The position numbers were made by a program, and so were the translations under genes. From an uncultured virus (IMG/VR IMGVR_UViG_3300043419_001095) (Duplodnaviria > Heunggongvirae > Uroviricota > Caudoviricetes), in IMG/VR virus record IMGVR_UViG_3300043419_001095: a DNA stretch of 20,000 nt; one strand, given 5' to 3'. Below are positions 15,703-20,000 of the stretch, in pieces (position 1 is the first letter of the stretch; the number at the start of each line of letters is the position of its first letter). Under the pieces are notes generated by a model, which saw only the letters and a program-made list of their open reading frames with translations, did not search any database and was not told where the DNA came from.

Positions 15703-15795
15703 TCACCTAAACAACGGAATGACAACATGGGCACACCAGATAATGAGCCCAACAACAAGGACCGCAGCGATGAAACTAACGGCCCAATCTTTCAT
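15703..15795 (-). CDS. 30-aa single-TM microprotein (not in supplied ORF track)
   Basis: Hand translation: MKDWAVSFIAAVLVVGLIIWCAHVVIPLFR. Upstream GAGGAGG SD; starts 2 nt after the upstream stop and fills the gap. Confidence 0.75.
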   Translation of the reverse strand: MKDWAVSFIAAVLVVGLIIWCAHVVIPLFR

Positions 15796-15797
15796 GC

Positions 15798-17165
15798 CTA
15801 GAGGGCCTCCTCAGTTACCACCAGCGTGCCGGTCGAGCTTGTGGCTGTGGGAGTCAATATCGGTTGCGAATTGGAACTGTTTGTAGGCGAGTAGGAGAAA
15901 CCAGTCAAGCCTGCTGAAGTTGCGGTATTAGTCGTGGCGTTGTATGTATATGTTCTGGCGTTTAAGACAACAGAGTTTCCTACCCCAGCGCCGCTTCCCG
16001 GCATTTTTAAAATAAAACTGCTGGTTACGCCGTCGAGAGACTGCCTCACGGTTACATACATATTGTCCGATGAGTCCATTGCGATGCGGACACCCGACAA
16101 ATACAGGTTGTTAACTGACGACGACAAACTTCTCTGCCATACAAGTGCTCCGGTAGAGGCATCGTATTTGGCAAGTTGAACATCGCTTCCAACTCTTGCC
16201 CCTGAAACGCTCATGCTACCGCACACATAGACGTGTGTTTTGCTGGCATCCATGCACACGCCATTTACAACGATGTCCAGGCTGGAATTGGCATTCTGAA
16301 GCAGCTGCTGCCATGAAATGGCTCCATTCGAAGCATATTTTATGAGAACTGCCGATCCAATGAAGGAGGTGTTATATGTCTGTACCGCGTTGTAAAAAAC
16401 CCCGCTCGATTCCCCTGCAACGACCGCAACCCCCTCCTGTCTTTTGTTTCCTTCTGGGTCTCTTTGGGTCACGCCCACCACTGTTTCCCCTGTCGACTGA
16501 GAGCAGGTGAGAGCATGCCCGTCATAAAAAACAAATCCCCCGGAGCCGTTTATCCCAGTCATGACAAATTCACTTGTGGAACGGATAGCTACTGAGTACG
16601 CCGTTTCAGAGAAGGTACTGGTGGCCCCGATGTTTCTTCGATACTGAATGGTCCCAGAGGAATCAAACTTGGCAACGTACATGTCTGACGTTGCTGTGGT
16701 GAAAAGGTTCCCAGTGCCGACGCAATAGAGACTGTCCGACGCATCTACTGCAACCGCGTAAAACTGCGTATTACCGTTTATGCGACGTTGCCACTGAACG
16801 ACACCGCTGCTGTTGAGTTTTATCACGTAGCCCGTGAAAATTGTGTTAAAGCTATCGTATTTTCCACCGGCGATTACGACGTTACCCGCAGAGTCAATAT
16901 CAATGCCTCCCCCGAATGGGTAATCTGAGCCATCAGCAAGGGTAGTTTGCCAGGTTACTGTTCCATCAAGAGCCAGCCTTAAAACAGTTAGTTGCGTCGT
17001 TCCGGAAGCTGAGGTGCCCACGGACAGGTTCAACTGATCGCTTTTTATAACTAGATAAGGAGCGGAAACTTCTGCTCCGTTGGGGTTAGTTATGGACGCG
17101 AAGAATCCAACAGGTGCTGGGCCTCCTCCAAAACTGGTAAGCAGAACGTTTAGGATTCCGCTCAT
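15798..17165 (-). CDS. Beta-propeller receptor-binding / tail-associated protein
   Basis: 455 aa with about 7 repeats of type hKh(D/N)SSGxhxW (e.g. IKLNSSGVVQWQRR, AKFDSSGTIQYRR, AKYDASTGALVWQRS). N-terminal MSGILNVLL peptide; ATGA overlap with the fibre gene; visibly lower GC. Confidence 0.75.
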   Translation of the reverse strand: MSGILNVLLTSFGGGPAPVGFFASITNPNGAEVSAPYLVIKSDQLNLSVGTSASGTTQLTVLRLALDGTVTWQTTLADGSDYPFGGGIDIDSAGNVVIAGGKYDSFNTIFTGYVIKLNSSGVVQWQRRINGNTQFYAVAVDASDSLYCVGTGNLFTTATSDMYVAKFDSSGTIQYRRNIGATSTFSETAYSVAIRSTSEFVMTGINGSGGFVFYDGHALTCSQSTGETVVGVTQRDPEGNKRQEGVAVVAGESSGVFYNAVQTYNTSFIGSAVLIKYASNGAISWQQLLQNANSSLDIVVNGVCMDASKTHVYVCGSMSVSGARVGSDVQLAKYDASTGALVWQRSLSSSVNNLYLSGVRIAMDSSDNMYVTVRQSLDGVTSSFILKMPGSGAGVGNSVVLNARTYTYNATTNTATSAGLTGFSYSPTNSSNSQPILTPTATSSTGTLVVTEEAL

Positions 17166-18634
17166 GCCAGGTTCCCCGACACTACCGCACGAGTGGCAGT
17201 GATGAACAGGACGGTGGCCACGCCCCGCGTCTGTATGGTGAAAGAGCTGATGTCAGCGTCAGTCCCTGCCTTGTAGACGTCCGTGACAGCAGAGCAGGTG
17301 CAAGAGATGCTGCCGCTGGTGTTGTTGAAGATGCTGATGACATCGCCTGCCGCAAACACCCCTGAAGGGACAACCACACTGCCTCCAGTTCCCAGTTCAA
17401 CAAACTTGCCTACATCCGACGCCACCAGCGTGTAGCTGGTTGTCTTAGCACCGGACGGCGGGACATTGCGGTAGCCCACCTTGTTTGTGCCGTCCGCTGT
17501 GCAGTTGTCCAGGTTGCCGCTGGTGGGGGTCCCCAAAACGGGAGTGACAAGAGTGGGAGTGTTCGCAAAGACGTTGGCCCCGCTGCCCGTCTCGTCTGTG
17601 AGAGCCGCAGCCAGGTTGGCAGATGTAAACGACCCGAGAGAGGTGGCGTTGCCCACCGAGGTGATCGCCCCAGTGAGGTTGGCGTTGGTCGTCACGTTGC
17701 CCGCTGTCAAGCCTGCCGCCGTGCCAGTGATGTTCGTCCCGACAAGGGTCGAAGGCGTGCCCAGATTTGGCGTGACAAGGGTCGGGCTGTTTGCAAAGAC
17801 GTTGGCCCCGCTTCCTGTTTCGTCGGTCAGCGCACCGGCCAAATCTGCAGAGCTGAAGGACCCAAGGGAAGTAGCTGTCCCCATAGATGTCACGGCCCCG
17901 GTGAGGTTGCCCACGCCGGCCGCGTTGATGGTTTGATTGGGCCATGAGCCGGTGATCGTGACGTTTGTGCCTGCCACCAGGGCGGGAGTGGCTGTCCCCG
18001 TGCCACCGTTGGCAACAGGCAGCAGGCCCGTCACGCCTGTCGACAGAGGCAGCCCCGTGACATTGGTCAGCGTTCCGCTGGAAGGGGTGCCCAAGGCCGG
18101 CGCAACCAGCGTCGGGCTGCTCGAGAGTACGACGTTGCCCGTCCCTGTCGAAGTCGTAACTCCTGTGCCACCACTTGTGACAGGCAGCGCTGCGCCCAGG
18201 GTGAGCGCGCTGAAGTGCGACACCGCATCAATCACGTTCGTCCCATTGACAAACAGATGCATCTTTGCGCCGTTGGGGACCGTGATGCCTGTTCCAGCAG
18301 ACGTCTTCACGGTGATGCTTTGGCCACCGGTCGTGCTGTTTTGCACGATGTACTGCTTTTGAATGGTCGGGACTACCAGTGCACGGGTCGCGGTCAGGGC
18401 GGTCGTGGACGTAGCGTTCAGCATCAAGGCTCGCGCTGTCTGCAGGGCAGGGCCCAGCAAGTCGGTGAGGTCAATGGTCAGGTCGGCGTCACTGGTAAAC
18501 ACCGGGTTGCCCAGGCCTGTGATGGCCTGCTCAATGGCTGTTCCAATGTTGGTGTTGGTCGTGTTGCCCCAAGTATTGGACTGCTCACCACTGCCAATCA
18601 GTTCAAATTTAAGCGCCGAAAAAGTACTTGCCAT
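17162..18634 (-). CDS. Tail fibre protein
   Basis: 490 aa, Thr/Gly/Ala-rich. N-terminal anchor MASTFSALKFELIGSGEQSNTWGNTTNTN, LPVxxGGTG fibre motifs, internal repeats and a C-terminal SYTLVASDVGK...VVSGNL domain. Confidence 0.88.
   Translation of the reverse strand: MASTFSALKFELIGSGEQSNTWGNTTNTNIGTAIEQAITGLGNPVFTSDADLTIDLTDLLGPALQTARALMLNATSTTALTATRALVVPTIQKQYIVQNSTTGGQSITVKTSAGTGITVPNGAKMHLFVNGTNVIDAVSHFSALTLGAALPVTSGGTGVTTSTGTGNVVLSSSPTLVAPALGTPSSGTLTNVTGLPLSTGVTGLLPVANGGTGTATPALVAGTNVTITGSWPNQTINAAGVGNLTGAVTSMGTATSLGSFSSADLAGALTDETGSGANVFANSPTLVTPNLGTPSTLVGTNITGTAAGLTAGNVTTNANLTGAITSVGNATSLGSFTSANLAAALTDETGSGANVFANTPTLVTPVLGTPTSGNLDNCTADGTNKVGYRNVPPSGAKTTSYTLVASDVGKFVELGTGGSVVVPSGVFAAGDVISIFNNTSGSISCTCSAVTDVYKAGTDADISSFTIQTRGVATVLFITATRAVVSGNLA
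17525..17908 (-). repeat. Intragenic tandem duplication, 228-nt (76-aa) period
   Basis: NLTGA(V/I)TS.G.ATSLGSF.SA.LA.ALTDETGSGANVFAN.PTLVTP.LGTP occurs twice, starting at 17908 and 17680. Confidence 0.9.
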
Positions 18635-18636
18635 GA

Positions 18637-18888
18637 TTAAATCCCCATTTCCTCTGCAGTCTTGTCTTCAACTTTAACAGTGAAAACCTGGTTGTCTTCA
18701 ACGTACGGTTCGCAGGAGACCAGCTTCTGTGTCTCCCTGTCATGAGGCTTGAAGACCGTCACACCCAGGCAGTTGTTCTGAACAAACCAATCAGCGTCAG
18801 GACCATTGGTGCTGAACGATGTGTTGGGGAAAAGATCGCGGTAGTAACCCACCGTGATCTTGTCGTCTTCAATTTTTGCAATTTGCAT
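18637..18888 (-). CDS. Short tail-fibre-associated / assembly chaperone-like protein
   Basis: 83 aa with an RDLFPNTSF...HDRETQKL...PY pattern typical of genes following fibre genes. GAGG SD. Confidence 0.65.
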   Translation of the reverse strand: MQIAKIEDDKITVGYYRDLFPNTSFSTNGPDADWFVQNNCLGVTVFKPHDRETQKLVSCEPYVEDNQVFTVKVEDKTAEEMGI

Positions 18889-18896
18889 TTTTTACC

Positions 18897-20000
18897 TCAG
18901 AAGTCTGGAAGTGGGGCTGCTGGTGGCGTGAAGTTGGAGGTGTATCGGCCGATACCGTTGGTGATGCGAAAGTCTTGGATGTATCCGTTAAAAAACACCC
19001 CCGGACCAAACACGTTGGTAGTAGCTTGACGAGCGCCTACGGCCAATGCAGTGCCAATGTTATAGGCTGTTGTGTTTGTAGCAGAAGCCCTTTGGATTCC
19101 ATTGACAAATATGCGCAAGGTAGTGCCGGACCTGCTTACAGCTACATAGTACCAAGTGTTAGCAGCAAAAGAAACTCCTGAGGTCGTTATGTCCCAACCG
19201 ATGTGATTTCTGCCCCAACTAAGCTGATTTGCATCACGCAGACCAAACATCCAATCGCCATTGGTAGCTCCCAAACCCCCCGCAATACTATTGTCAGCGG
19301 CCACTGAGGTTGGGTATATCCAGGCCTCTACTGTAAAACTTCCTGTGCCAAACGAAGAAGACAGCCTGTTATAGGTAATCAAGCAATCGCCAGTACCATC
19401 AAAGGAAACCGAACTAAGACCGTATATTTTTATGCTGGTGTTGACCTGAGCATTTCCAGCAGTCTCAAAGTTGTTGATCGTTGATGCGTCATAGATGCCA
19501 GCATTGGTTGCGTTGAGCAGCAGTGATGTGTTTGTCACTGCTGTAAGAGGAGTGTTTTGTGGAACAAAATTTGATGCGTATAGACCCGTTCCTTTGACTA
19601 TGCGAACGTTGCTCATGTATCCAGTTACAACAGTTGATCCCGCACTATCTTTCCCAATGGTGACTGCGGCACTGGCTGCATAATCTTGATTGGTGGTGTA
19701 AGTGCTTCCAGCCTGAATGCCATTTACAAACAATCTAGAGGAACCACTTCGTTTAGATATAGCTAAGTGAGTCCAAACATTAAGGGACATTGCAGGTCCG
19801 GTAATAACGGCTGCATTAGGTGCAACGGAATAAAAAATTATGTTAGAGCCACTGTAATAAAGCAGTACTCGCTGAATGCCGTTGGTAATGTCTATCCAAT
19901 CTTGACGAGCATTTACTGTCGGATATACCCAACATTCAACAGTAAAGTCGCCTGTACCAAAGCCAAATGCCGTGCTTGATGGTGTAGCTAAAAAATCACC
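18897..20000 (-). CDS. Tandem LamG/concanavalin-A-like receptor-binding tail protein (5' truncated by window)
   Basis: The frame stays open from 20000 (GDFLATPSSTAFGFGTGDFTVECWVYP...) into the listed 19790 ATG. It has two LamG repeats (FTVE.W.YP, W.(H/Y).A.S, G.....RI..G...Y.SNF.P) and low GC. Confidence 0.9.
   Translation of the reverse strand, partial: GDFLATPSSTAFGFGTGDFTVECWVYPTVNARQDWIDITNGIQRVLLYYSGSNIIFYSVAPNAAVITGPAMSLNVWTHLAISKRSGSSRLFVNGIQAGSTYTTNQDYAASAAVTIGKDSAGSTVVTGYMSNVRIVKGTGLYASNFVPQNTPLTAVTNTSLLLNATNAGIYDASTINNFETAGNAQVNTSIKIYGLSSVSFDGTGDCLITYNRLSSSFGTGSFTVEAWIYPTSVAADNSIAGGLGATNGDWMFGLRDANQLSWGRNHIGWDITTSGVSFAANTWYYVAVSRSGTTLRIFVNGIQRASATNTTAYNIGTALAVGARQATTNVFGPGVFFNGYIQDFRITNGIGRYTSNFTPPAAPLPDF

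Noticed and set aside
18897..19790. ATG at 19790 as start of the LamG gene
   Set aside because: The frame continues without a stop to base 20000 and encodes the first half of a LamG domain, so this ATG is internal.
1..20000. Alternative genetic code, DGR, introns/inteins, tRNA genes
   Set aside because: Genes tile densely under code 11 using TAA, TGA and TAG stops. I saw no reverse transcriptase, adenine-specific repeat pair, intein motif or cloverleaf.

Overview
This window comes from a tailed dsDNA phage genome of podovirus-like, HTVC010P/P22-type architecture. It is roughly 60% GC by eye, and the host is probably a Gram-negative proteobacterium (inference). The + strand carries the end of a replication module: the C-terminus of an SNF2-type helicase and a PD-(D/E)XK exonuclease. 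This module converges on, and overlaps, a long, tightly coupled late operon on the - strand. In transcription order (right to left) the operon encodes: a tandem LamG receptor-binding protein (partial), a short fibre chaperone, a repeat-containing tail fibre, a low-GC beta-propeller protein, a five-gene lysis cassette (30-aa TM peptide, coiled-coil/TM protein, T4-T-like holin candidate, 3TM-family holin-like protein, GH19 endolysin), a Zn-ribbon protein, a 52-aa very basic peptide, a gp10-like tail hub, two small tail proteins and four large ejection/internal virion proteins. Four things stand out. (1) A candidate T4-type holin with a periplasmic GAF-like domain sits next to a second, unrelated holin, suggesting signal-regulated lysis in a non-T-even phage. 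(2) (M/F)AxGG motifs recur in the ejection proteins, together with a duplicated D-x-h-x-A-x-h-[ST]-x-x-E module, suggesting a maturation/targeting system. (3) A structured leader sequesters the RBS of the first ejection gene. (4) A hairpin lies inside the convergent early/late gene overlap. No database searches were run; all family calls come from motif recognition.
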